From contig JAGLPV010000048.1 of NCBI GenBank assembly GCA_023137195.1, positions 1-20,688 on the forward strand: a DNA stretch of 20,688 bases, in the 5' to 3' direction. How positions within the stretch are numbered: position 1 is the first letter of the stretch; every line of letters begins with the position of its first letter. Made by a program: the position numbers and the translations under genes. Shown here piece by piece: positions 1-8,015 of the stretch. The DNA is from Candidatus Aenigmatarchaeota archaeon. Its GTDB lineage: Archaea; EX4484-52. A model generated the notes under the pieces. It made no database searches. It worked only from the letters and a program-made list of their open reading frames with translations, and was not told where the DNA came from.

Positions 1-548
1 ACATTGCCTTCTTTTACTGTGAGACTCACAGGTACATTGATTGGGCTTGCAAGTTCAGCGATTCCAAGAGTTATTTGTTTTTTGTCCGGTCGGTGGTCAC
101 GGCTGTAGCCGTGCTTTCCTAGTGTTGCTTTATTGCCGTACAGGACAAGGCTTGTCCAGTCCATGTTGATGTCAGTATGCTCAAATTGATATGTATCAAA
201 GAGGCAGTCTTGTATGTTTGCAATGATTTTCTCCTTGTTTTCTCCTATGGTGTCAAGGAGCCGGAATAATGTTCTTTCCTCAAAATTTTTTAGGTCGAAT
301 CTTTCCAGGACTTCGTCGCGATTTATCCAGTTTGATGCTTTGCTGATGCTAAAGTTTTCTGTAAGCTTGTAGCTTACTATGGCTTTTATCAAAGAATTTA
401 TGTTTCTTCCTCTCTTTTTGTGTTCGCTGAACACTTTGGAAAATTTTAGCTTTTTGTAATATTTTTGCACAGCAAAAATTGTTCCAATAGGAAAGTTTAT
501 ATTTTTATTTAGACTAATAACATTTGTTCTGAGGGTTGTTTGTGTCAT
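1..548 (-). CDS. IS1634-family DDE transposase, N-terminal part (runs off the window start; missing from the ORF track)
   Basis: Manual translation from ATG at 548 (minus) is open to the window edge: MTQTTLRTNVISLNKNINFPIGTIFAVQKYY...DINMDWTSLVLYGNKATLGKHGYSRDHRPDKKQITLGIAEL...VKEGN. The D-x-T-S and GYSRDHRPD motifs are typical of IS1634 transposases. Confidence 0.9.
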   Translation of the reverse strand, partial: MTQTTLRTNVISLNKNINFPIGTIFAVQKYYKKLKFSKVFSEHKKRGRNINSLIKAIVSYKLTENFSISKASNWINRDEVLERFDLKNFEERTLFRLLDTIGENKEKIIANIQDCLFDTYQFEHTDINMDWTSLVLYGNKATLGKHGYSRDHRPDKKQITLGIAELASPINVPVSLTVKEGN

Positions 549-596
549 AACTTAACAAAACTCAGAACACTTTTTTAATTAAGTGTCAAACTTAGG
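1..596 (-). mobile_element. IS1634-family insertion sequence, left end (putative TIR CCTAAGTTTGACACTTAATT ending at 596)
   Basis: Transposase ORF plus minus-strand CCTAAGTTTGACA 48 nt upstream of the ATG, resembling IS1634 ends as I recall them. The other end and the target duplication lie outside the window. Confidence 0.75.
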
Positions 597-725
597 TTGA
601 AAAGCGCGGTAAATTATGTAAGCCCAGCGATTTTCATGGTTTTTTTTCGTTGTATTTTTGTAAGGAAACGAAAAAAAGTCGTAAGCGTAAGGAACGACAA
701 AATAGTTCATATTTCAAATCCTTCT

Positions 726-1637
726 TTAATTACTTTTATTGACTTCGAATTCTTCTTTGATTTCCTTTTTCAAATGAGAATTTGTGTTGTCTGTCCTTGG
801 ACTGTCTTTTGTATTTGTAGCACTCTTGCTTCCATCTATTGCTGGATCTGCGTTTTCCTCTATTTTTGAATTATTTTGTTTGGTGGCTGAATTATTATCG
901 AATTTTTCACATTTCTTTAATAAAAATACAAATGAAACAAATAAAGATGTTAGTGCAACAAAAAAAGTTAATATTGAAACCCACTTCATAACAATAGTTG
1001 CTTCCCTCATATCCTCCGTTACGTTATACATCTTATCTGTTCCTTCCTTCATTTCTTGAGCAAGATTACGGTTTTCAATATTTATATCTAAATTTTGTCC
1101 AGTTATTTCATAACTTTTATTAATAAAATCTTGCTCTTCTTTCCATAAATCATACTGCCATTTCGGCATCACATCAAAATAATAATTAAATCTATTAGGC
1201 ATTCTTAACCATCTATCATCATTCAACCATCTGTAATAATTAATATAATTATTAGTTGAATTTAAAATAATTTTATAATCTCCGGATATATCGAATGGAA
1301 ATGCAGCAGTTTCTGTACCTAATCCTCCTTTTGCTATAATTTTAATTGTTTCGTTTAGATTAATTGTCCTATTATATATTCTTGGTTTCTCAATTAACTC
1401 CCCTTTTGGATTATAAACACTCACCGTAAAAATATCTGAAACATTGTATGACTCATTGTAGGACATATTGTTGGTTAACATTATACGGTAATAAAAACTA
1501 TCTCCTGCTACATTTGCATCTTTGTATACATATGGTTCAATATCTATGTCTACACTAAGATTATATTCTTCCGTCGCATGAGCCATATTTAGCATAAACA
1601 ATAAAGCAATAACTGTAAATATAATCTTAGATAGCAT
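726..1637 (-). CDS. Hypothetical exported, membrane-anchored protein (signal peptide, beta-rich/Ig-like region, coiled coil, C-proximal TM helix, charged tail)
   Basis: 303 aa. N-terminal MLSKIIFTVIALLFMLNMAHA; several N-x-S/T sequons; hydrophobic WVSILTFFVALTSLFVSFVFLL; TTTATAAA box about 21-28 nt upstream. Confidence 0.75.
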   Translation of the reverse strand: MLSKIIFTVIALLFMLNMAHATEEYNLSVDIDIEPYVYKDANVAGDSFYYRIMLTNNMSYNESYNVSDIFTVSVYNPKGELIEKPRIYNRTINLNETIKIIAKGGLGTETAAFPFDISGDYKIILNSTNNYINYYRWLNDDRWLRMPNRFNYYFDVMPKWQYDLWKEEQDFINKSYEITGQNLDINIENRNLAQEMKEGTDKMYNVTEDMREATIVMKWVSILTFFVALTSLFVSFVFLLKKCEKFDNNSATKQNNSKIEENADPAIDGSKSATNTKDSPRTDNTNSHLKKEIKEEFEVNKSN

Positions 1638-1772
1638 ATTTAGAAAATCAAAATATCTTTATAAATTTTAATATTTTTTTAACAAACAAAACTGCAAATA
1701 GGCAAAAAATTACAAGCAACAATTTAAATAAATAATATCCTCATAATCACAACCAACCAACAAGAGATTAAA

Positions 1773-2180
1773 ATGACTATTTTATACATAGACACAAATA
1801 TATTTTTAGATGCCATCGGATCCAGAAAAAATCTATTTGGAAAAGACATCAGTACCCCTGCATCAAAACTCTTTTTTCGTTCAATATCCTGTGAATTCCA
1901 TATAATCATATCAACATGGACATTAGAGGAATTATACAAACATGTAGATTCTGGAGAAATCAAAACACTATTCGCTCTTTTAAAAAGAAAAATCATAACC
2001 GCTAATCATAATAAAAGCGACATAGAAACAGCAAAGCAAAAATCCTCAGATAATTTTGACGATGCGTTACACATAATTATCGCCGAAAGGGAAAACGCAG
2101 ATGCAATTATCACAAGAAATATCATTCATTTTCTGGAAATCGGAACAAAAATACCAATCAAAAAACCAGAGAACATCTAA
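1773..2180 (+). CDS. PIN-domain (VapC-like) ribonuclease
   Basis: YIDTNIFLD, STWTLEEL, FDDALHIIIA and IITRN match the PIN acidic-residue pattern. Confidence 0.88.
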   Translation: MTILYIDTNIFLDAIGSRKNLFGKDISTPASKLFFRSISCEFHIIISTWTLEELYKHVDSGEIKTLFALLKRKIITANHNKSDIETAKQKSSDNFDDALHIIIAERENADAIITRNIIHFLEIGTKIPIKKPENI

Positions 2181-3319
2181 TTCAAATTAAACTCTTTCAG
2201 TAAAAATTCCTGTACACCTGCCTCTCCTTCATCTTTCCTGATTTTTTCAAGCTCTTTTTCCCTTTGTGTCTTTTCTTCAGGACTTAATTTTTTCGCCGAA
2301 GCAAAAAGGTGTTTTAGTTTTTGATAAGTCTCATCTTCCGGTTCAGCTATCTGTGGAATTAAATCATTTAAATAAGATAAATAGTTCCTGACTTCTAATT
2401 TTTGCATACACATATCCGCATTAAAATGCTTCAGCAACATTTGTTTTGAATAATGTTGGGAATAATATGGTTCTAAATCTGTTGAAAATCCATACAATGC
2501 AATTAGTTTCCAGACTTCATTAAATGCCCCGTATATATCGTTTTTGACAAATTGCATGTCTTCCTCAGGCAATGTACTCAAAAGTTGAAAAACAACACCA
2601 GTAAATTCATTTATCAATTCCTTTGAATCATTATCGCATATTGGCGGAAGATTTGCCAGTAATACATAAAGTTGCCTGTTAATTTCATTTATATGTTCTT
2701 TAGAAACTTTTGAAGAAAGCAGAGACAAAATTATTTCCTTTGTCTGATAGAGTATTTTGTTCTCTTCATTGTATTGTCTTATTTTTAATCTATAGACAGA
2801 ACTTTCTTTAGAATATTCTCCAACCACATACCTTACGCACTTTTCTGTATCTTGTTCAAGTCCGTTAAAGGAATAAGATTCAAATGGTTCATAAGGTTTT
2901 ACACACATTGCACCAAATAAATACCAGCCAATTGGGAGTTTTAAATTGCATATTTGGTCAACTTTTACTAATGTTTTTTGAACCTGAGTTTTTCCAGGAT
3001 GTCTTTCCGTAGCTGTTTTCCAATCTTCCCTGACTTTTGCAAATAAAGAATTAATTAGTTTTTCATCTTCTGGTTTAATCGGCAAATTAAAATAGTTGCC
3101 ATTTCTGTTTAAAACATTACTATCGACAAGTGAGAACATCCTTTTGTTTCCATCTAATGTTTCATTCACTACTCCCGCATCCTTCAGGCTTTCAAGGTAC
3201 ATTTTAATGGACTCCCAGTTAGACTCGCTTTCCTGTGCAATCTCATGAATTGATTTTGGATTTTCCGAAATAGATTTAATAATCCGTTTAATTAATTCTT
3301 TTGCAGATTTTCTCCCCAT
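2177..3319 (-). CDS. Winged-HTH protein with a possible SocA/Panacea(DUF4065)-like middle region and a helical C-terminus
   Basis: N-terminal PKSIHEIAQESESNWESIKMYLESLKDAGVV...GNKRMFSL is a wHTH pattern. GKTQVQKTL...GWYLFG loosely resembles the Panacea KLQKLLY...W..GP motif. BRE/TATA GAAAAGTTTATATA on the minus strand at 3357-3344. Confidence 0.7.
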   Translation of the reverse strand: MGRKSAKELIKRIIKSISENPKSIHEIAQESESNWESIKMYLESLKDAGVVNETLDGNKRMFSLVDSNVLNRNGNYFNLPIKPEDEKLINSLFAKVREDWKTATERHPGKTQVQKTLVKVDQICNLKLPIGWYLFGAMCVKPYEPFESYSFNGLEQDTEKCVRYVVGEYSKESSVYRLKIRQYNEENKILYQTKEIILSLLSSKVSKEHINEINRQLYVLLANLPPICDNDSKELINEFTGVVFQLLSTLPEEDMQFVKNDIYGAFNEVWKLIALYGFSTDLEPYYSQHYSKQMLLKHFNADMCMQKLEVRNYLSYLNDLIPQIAEPEDETYQKLKHLFASAKKLSPEEKTQREKELEKIRKDEGEAGVQEFLLKEFNLN

Positions 3320-3461
3320 TATACTAATAATTAATAGTAATATTATATAAACTTTTCTATCGTCTATTACTGATAGTCATTACTACTATATGTATGAGGA
3401 GTAGATTTATAAAATTATTTTGTGTATGTTTAGATAGAAAATATAATGAAGATGTGATAAA

Positions 3462-3740
3462 ATGAAAAAAATATACAAAAAAAAATGTAGACGGAAAGGT
3501 CTCAAAGCAATAATTACGGGCGGTTTGGGCAAATGTGGTCCTTATTTATATGCGGGCATAAAAGGAGAAAAAAGGTCTATTGGCGGTTCAATAGGCGGTT
3601 CAATAGGTACAAAAGGCGGACAAGTATATGCAAGTACGCATAACAAAAAAGTACGGCTCGGAATGATATATAATCTCAATACAAAATCAATAACTCCAAA
3701 AGTAAAAATCAAGAAAAAGCGGAAAAAGAAGGCAAATTAA
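3462..3740 (+). CDS. Small basic Gly-rich hypothetical protein
   Basis: 92 aa, Lys-rich ends, Gly-rich core; upstream TTTATAAA box; in-frame 12-bp duplication. Confidence 0.55.
   Translation: MKKIYKKKCRRKGLKAIITGGLGKCGPYLYAGIKGEKRSIGGSIGGSIGTKGGQVYASTHNKKVRLGMIYNLNTKSITPKVKIKKKRKKKAN
3582..3605 (+). repeat. 12-bp tandem duplication GGCGGTTCAATA x2 (encodes GGSI GGSI)
   Basis: Directly visible. Confidence 0.9.
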
Positions 3741-3741
3741 T

Positions 3742-4368
3742 ATGAACAAAAGAGCAATAAGTAAAAATTATTTTCATCGGGAGCCTTGCGATGAACCAGA
3801 AATATTTGATTAAAGAATTGTAAATGAATATTTGGAAAAAGGCAAAAAGCCTTTAGATTCCGCTTTAGATTATAATAATATTGAAACAAAAATTTTAATT
3901 TATGAAGATCGTGTCAAAGAATGGTTTCTGAAAATCGGAGTAAAATTAAAACAAGATAATGAAGCAGGATTCGTCATATTGCAAATAGCAACCAGTTATA
4001 TTGAAGGAAACCAACAATATATAGAAGGTCAGACAAGTAATCAAAAATCAAAAGCATTTTTTAAAAAAGCCATGAAACGAATATTTCCTGAAATTATTAA
4101 GATTGTAAATATTGATATATTTTTGGGAACTTTCTATGAACAGGTCAGATGTGGGTTATTTCATGATGGAATGACAAAAAAATCAGTTACAATAAGTGGT
4201 GAATATCCCGAAGCATTATGTTTTTTAGATTCAAATATTCTTATTAATCCACATAAATTCTTAGATGTAATATATGAAAACTTTGAAAATTACATTAGTG
4301 AATTAAAAAATAAAAATAATAAAGATGTAAGGATTAAATTTGAAAGACGATGGGACATTGTATTATAG
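3742..4368 (+). pseudogene. HEPN-like (RxxxxH) protein, apparently interrupted by an in-frame TAA at 3811-3813; the downstream part is the 3832..4368 ORF
   Basis: ATG at 3742 lies 1 nt after the previous stop and is in frame with the TTG-started ORF: MNKRAISKNYFHREPCDEPEIFD*RIVNEYLEKGKK...SYIEG...FYEQVRCGLFHDG. RCGLFH fits the HEPN R-x4-H motif. Confidence 0.6.
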
Positions 4369-4405
4369 TGTCCGAAATTATTGCATACATCTACTATTAT
4401 CCCAA

Positions 4406-4480
4406 CTATGCCACTAATTCACTCCAAAACCCCCCCAAAAACTCCCCTGTATGACTCGCAGAATTCCGCGCAATTCTCCT
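4406..4480 (-). pseudogene. uvrA: Short remnant of a uvrA 3' end (second copy)
   Basis: Minus strand reads RIARNSASHTGEFLGGFWSELVA*, like the UvrA C-terminus (..IA...SHTG.FL). It shares TTCACTCCAAAA plus a C-run, TGACTC and TCTCCT with 6123-6172. Confidence 0.65.
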
Positions 4481-4498
4481 ACCTTCCATCAACCAAAG

Positions 4499-4557
4499 TA
4501 TCCCGTTGCAAAGGGATAAAAACACAACTTTTAACCCAATAGAAAGGGATAAAAACA
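4499..4557. promoter_or_regulatory. Two tandem palindromic operator-like sites upstream of the AAA+ ATPase promoter
   Basis: TATCCC-N8-GGGATA (4499-4518) and TTTTAACCC-N8-GGGATAAAA (4529-4554); 15-bp direct repeat AAAGGGATAAAAACA at 4510 and 4543; TTTATAA box at 4563. Confidence 0.6.
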
Positions 4558-4591
4558 AAAGATTTATAACTTTGAAAATAGATAAAATAAC

Positions 4592-6085
4592 ATGACAGAT
4601 AAAATTTTCGATGTAGACTTATTAAGGGAATTACAAAAAGACAATCTCTGGTGGAAGGAAAACAAAATACCAGAAGATAAAAATAAACCCTTTCATCGTT
4701 CTGACTTCTACAAATATATAGAAGTATTGGATTCCAAACACATCCAAGTCCTAATTGGTCCAAGAAGAGTTGGAAAAACAATTTTAATATATCAGTTAAT
4801 CAAGCATCTAATAAATGACAGGAATATAAACAGCAAAAATATTCTATATCTTGATTTAGCAAAATCGTATATCGCATTTAATATAGGAGGAATAGACGCT
4901 TGTCTAAAAGTATTCCAGGACAATATAATAAAAAAAGACTTCACTCAATTGAATAAAAATGAAAGAATATATGTATTCATTGATGAAATACAAAAAGAAA
5001 AGGGATGGGCAATAATATTAGAATCTATCCGAAGTAGAAATTTACCTATATCATTTATTGTTACAGGTTCTTCAGCACCGGAAATCATCAAAAAGTCATC
5101 AGAAAGCTTAGTTGGAAGATCTAAGGAAAACTATATTCTTCATTTGAAGTTCAAAGATATAGTCAGAAAAGAACTAGGATATAATGAAGAAAAACTCAAA
5201 GAAATAAAAGATATATCTAATGTTTTCAAACAAGCTGTTGAAAAAAAAGACATACGATTATTTTACCAATATTTGCTCAAAGACTTATTTGCTGAATCTT
5301 TGACGCCGGAATTTGAAATTAAAGTAAAGAACATACTCAATGATTATTTCCTAAAAGGAGGATACCCTGAATTCTATGAAGAACATAAAACAGATAGCTG
5401 GTCTGTAATGGCAAAAACTATGAGAGACGACTATTTCCAGAGAATAATTTCCAGGGATATAGTTGAAGTATTTGGAGTAAATAAACCAGAAGTAATAAGA
5501 AAACTATATCTTTTGATTGGTTTTGACACATCAAATATTGCCAATTTCACTGAATATGCCAACATAGTTAAAACAAAAGAAGATACATTAAAAGAATATT
5601 TCAATTATCTAAATAACTCTTTTTTAGTTAGTTTCTCCTCAAAATACTATAAAAAAGACAGACCAAAAAATGCCAGGAAAAAAATATATGTCTCTGATAT
5701 AGGTATGAGAAATGCTGTTTTAGGATTACTAAAAGAAGATATTAGCGATGGATTGGGATATATTGCCGAAACGGTTGCACACACCCATTGTAAAAGATTA
5801 AAGTACAAATTACATCCAACCGAAGATTTCTCTTTAGACTATTGGAGATATGATAAAATAGAAGTAGATATCATCCTGGATTTAAAAAATATAGTCATTC
5901 CAATTGAGATAAAATACAGGGAAAGAATAAGAGAAGAAGATAAAGATGGAATAAAAGAGTTTATTAAAGAATTTAAAGGAGAAAAAGTAAAATTTGGAAT
6001 ACTTGTAACAAAAAAAGATTTGTTTATGGATGAAGACAATAATATTTTAGGAATCCCTTTATGGCTCTTTTTATTGATTTGTTAG
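4592..6085 (+). CDS. AAA+ ATPase (AAA_14) with C-terminal DUF4143 / PD-(D/E)xK-like domain
   Basis: Walker A GPRRVGKT, Walker B FIDEIQ, VTGSS, LVGR, GGYPE, KIYVSDIG, EVDII...IPIEIKY. Confidence 0.9.
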   Translation: MTDKIFDVDLLRELQKDNLWWKENKIPEDKNKPFHRSDFYKYIEVLDSKHIQVLIGPRRVGKTILIYQLIKHLINDRNINSKNILYLDLAKSYIAFNIGGIDACLKVFQDNIIKKDFTQLNKNERIYVFIDEIQKEKGWAIILESIRSRNLPISFIVTGSSAPEIIKKSSESLVGRSKENYILHLKFKDIVRKELGYNEEKLKEIKDISNVFKQAVEKKDIRLFYQYLLKDLFAESLTPEFEIKVKNILNDYFLKGGYPEFYEEHKTDSWSVMAKTMRDDYFQRIISRDIVEVFGVNKPEVIRKLYLLIGFDTSNIANFTEYANIVKTKEDTLKEYFNYLNNSFLVSFSSKYYKKDRPKNARKKIYVSDIGMRNAVLGLLKEDISDGLGYIAETVAHTHCKRLKYKLHPTEDFSLDYWRYDKIEVDIILDLKNIVIPIEIKYRERIREEDKDGIKEFIKEFKGEKVKFGILVTKKDLFMDEDNNILGIPLWLFLLIC

Positions 6086-6110
6086 TCGCCTAAACTCCCT
6101 TCAGTACTAA

Positions 6111-6472
6111 TCAGACCCACATTTCACTCCAAAAACCCCCCAGTGTGACTCCCGGAATCTGCATAATCTCCTCAGGCGTCCCTAAACCTACAACCTCACC
6201 GCCAAACTCCCATCTTTCGGGTCCTAAATCAATAATATAATCCGCCTGCTTTACAACATCCAGATTATGCTCAATTATCACGATAGTATTCCATTTCTCT
6301 ATTAAATTATTCAACACCCGTATAAGCTTTTTTATATCATCAAAATGCAGCCCTGTAGTCGGCTCATCCAATATATACAGCGTTTTACCCGTATATATCT
6401 AGGACAACACTTTAGACAACTTTATCCTCTGCGCCCCCCAGAAAGTGTCGCAGAAGACTGACTTAATTTACA
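6111..6472 (-). pseudogene. uvrA: uvrA C-terminal fragment (frameshifted, internal stop, 5'-truncated)
   Basis: Minus strand: KLSQSSATLSGG /frameshift/ [72 protein letters not shown]...[13 protein letters not shown], the second UvrA ABC domain. Only about 45 bp separate it from the mre11 start, so the 5' part is absent here. Confidence 0.9.
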
Positions 6473-6517
6473 TACAACAAACCACAATACTATTAAAAAT
6501 TCCCTATAAATTATATT

Positions 6518-7747
6518 ATGAACTTCAAATTCGCCCATATTGCAGACTGTCACCTGGATGCATACAGTAGAAGCAAGGTTCTCCAGGATGAGTTAAACTT
6601 CTCCTTTTCAAATGCAATAAAAAGTGCGATACAGAACAAGGTCGATTTTGTGCTTATCTGCGGGGATTTGTTCAACAATGCATCTCCGAGCATCAATACG
6701 CTTGTTTTTGCAATCGAGCAGTTAAAAAAACTCAAAGACAGGGACATTCCGGTTTATGTCATCGCAGGCTCTCATGATTATATGCCAAGTGGGCATACGA
6801 TTCTCAATGTCCTTAACGCGGCAGGACTTACAATAAATGCATACAATCCTGTCGATGAAGGAGATGTCTCTTTGAAATTAATACAGCACAGAGATACAGA
6901 CATTTATATTGGGGGAATAATCGGCAGAATTAGGGGACTGGATAAGCAGTTATATGAGCAGATAAAAATAAATCCAAAAGAAAAATCATTTAATATATTT
7001 ATGTTTCATAACGGGATTGAGGAATTTAAGCCAAAGATAATGAAAAACACAGAATTTTTGCCTCTTTCATACCTACCCAAAGGGTTTGATTATTATGCAG
7101 CAGGACACATCCATGCTTATTTTAATGCGAAAATCAATGATAATGATTCAACTTTAGTATTTCCAGGGAGTTTGTATCCGACCAATATCGGAGATTTTAG
7201 TTTGACCGGGCAAAACCAGTATGTTCTTGTTGAAGTGATAGATGATGTTGTTCATACGAAGAAAATCAGAACTTATGAGCATGATTTTGTTGTGATTAAT
7301 GTTGATATGAAAAATGCCAAGGTGAGTGAAATAGAGGCAGAGCTCAGGGAATTGGTAAAAAATACGGTTTTTGATAATAAAATTGTAATATTGAAGGTAA
7401 AGGCGAGGATTGAAGACGGGAAAGCAGGAGATGTGAATATAGGTGAAATTGAAGAGGAAATGATGAAAAAAGGAGCTTTGGCAGTTGAAAAAAATCTTTC
7501 CGGTCTGACGTCTAAAACTGTATTCAAGACAAGATTTGATGCAGATATAAGTACTGAAAAAATAGAGGAAAAGATAGCAGAGGAAAATACAGGGATTGTC
7601 AAAATAAGCGGGATTGATGTGAAAAAAGAAAAAGCGATGATTCTGGATTTAATTCGGGTTCTTGAAGGTTCAAAGAAGCAGGGGCAGACCAATTCTAACT
7701 ACGAGGATGAATTTGTTTGCTCATGTAGGAAGATTTTTGATGTGTAA
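6518..7747 (+). CDS. mre11: Mre11/SbcD family DNA repair nuclease
   Basis: Metallophosphoesterase motifs FAHIADCH, GDLF, GSHD, MFH, AGHIH, PGS; 409 aa. Confidence 0.88.
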   Translation: MNFKFAHIADCHLDAYSRSKVLQDELNFSFSNAIKSAIQNKVDFVLICGDLFNNASPSINTLVFAIEQLKKLKDRDIPVYVIAGSHDYMPSGHTILNVLNAAGLTINAYNPVDEGDVSLKLIQHRDTDIYIGGIIGRIRGLDKQLYEQIKINPKEKSFNIFMFHNGIEEFKPKIMKNTEFLPLSYLPKGFDYYAAGHIHAYFNAKINDNDSTLVFPGSLYPTNIGDFSLTGQNQYVLVEVIDDVVHTKKIRTYEHDFVVINVDMKNAKVSEIEAELRELVKNTVFDNKIVILKVKARIEDGKAGDVNIGEIEEEMMKKGALAVEKNLSGLTSKTVFKTRFDADISTEKIEEKIAEENTGIVKISGIDVKKEKAMILDLIRVLEGSKKQGQTNSNYEDEFVCSCRKIFDV

Positions 7748-7996
7748 TATACAGGATGTGAGAATGCAAGAAAATCCTTGATTTTCTGCACATTCAACTT
7801 TGTTGAATATAGCAAAACACATAAATAATCATAAAACTTTCTCTACGCAAAATACTACTTTTAAGCTTATTTTCTGCTTATACTTTATTCACATCAGAAA
7901 ATAATACAAAGATATAATATCTGTATTTAGATAGCATTTATGTATTTTGCTAGTATATCGCGCCACATACTTGTATTACTTTTGTGCCGTGATATA
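7748..7996. repeat. Intergenic modular palindrome array 1: hairpin E (~7756-7793), short module C (7792-7811), module A (7808-7957), module B (7954-7996)
   Basis: A has imperfect terminal IRs TATAGCAAAACACATAAAT / ATTTATGTATTTTGCTAGTATA. B is TATATCGCGCCACA...TGTGCCGTGATATA. A and B recur inverted at 11134-11393. Confidence 0.85.
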
Positions 7997-8015
7997 ATAC
8001 CCAAGAACATAGGAA

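Noticed and set aside
579-710. 43-codon minus ORF (MNYFVVPYAY...) running into the IS end
   Set aside because: Short, overlaps the hairpin/repeat sequence and has no motif; likely spurious.
597-6110. Integron cassette array (attC sites) in the accessory island
   Set aside because: Genes are in mixed orientation, I could not find RYYYAAC...GTTRRRY-bounded sites between them, and there is no integrase in the window.
3811-6402. Stop-codon reassignment or readthrough suggested by the internal TAA (HEPN-like) and TAG (uvrA)
   Set aside because: Housekeeping genes translate intact with the standard code and TAA ends many of them; the uvrA piece is also frameshifted and truncated.
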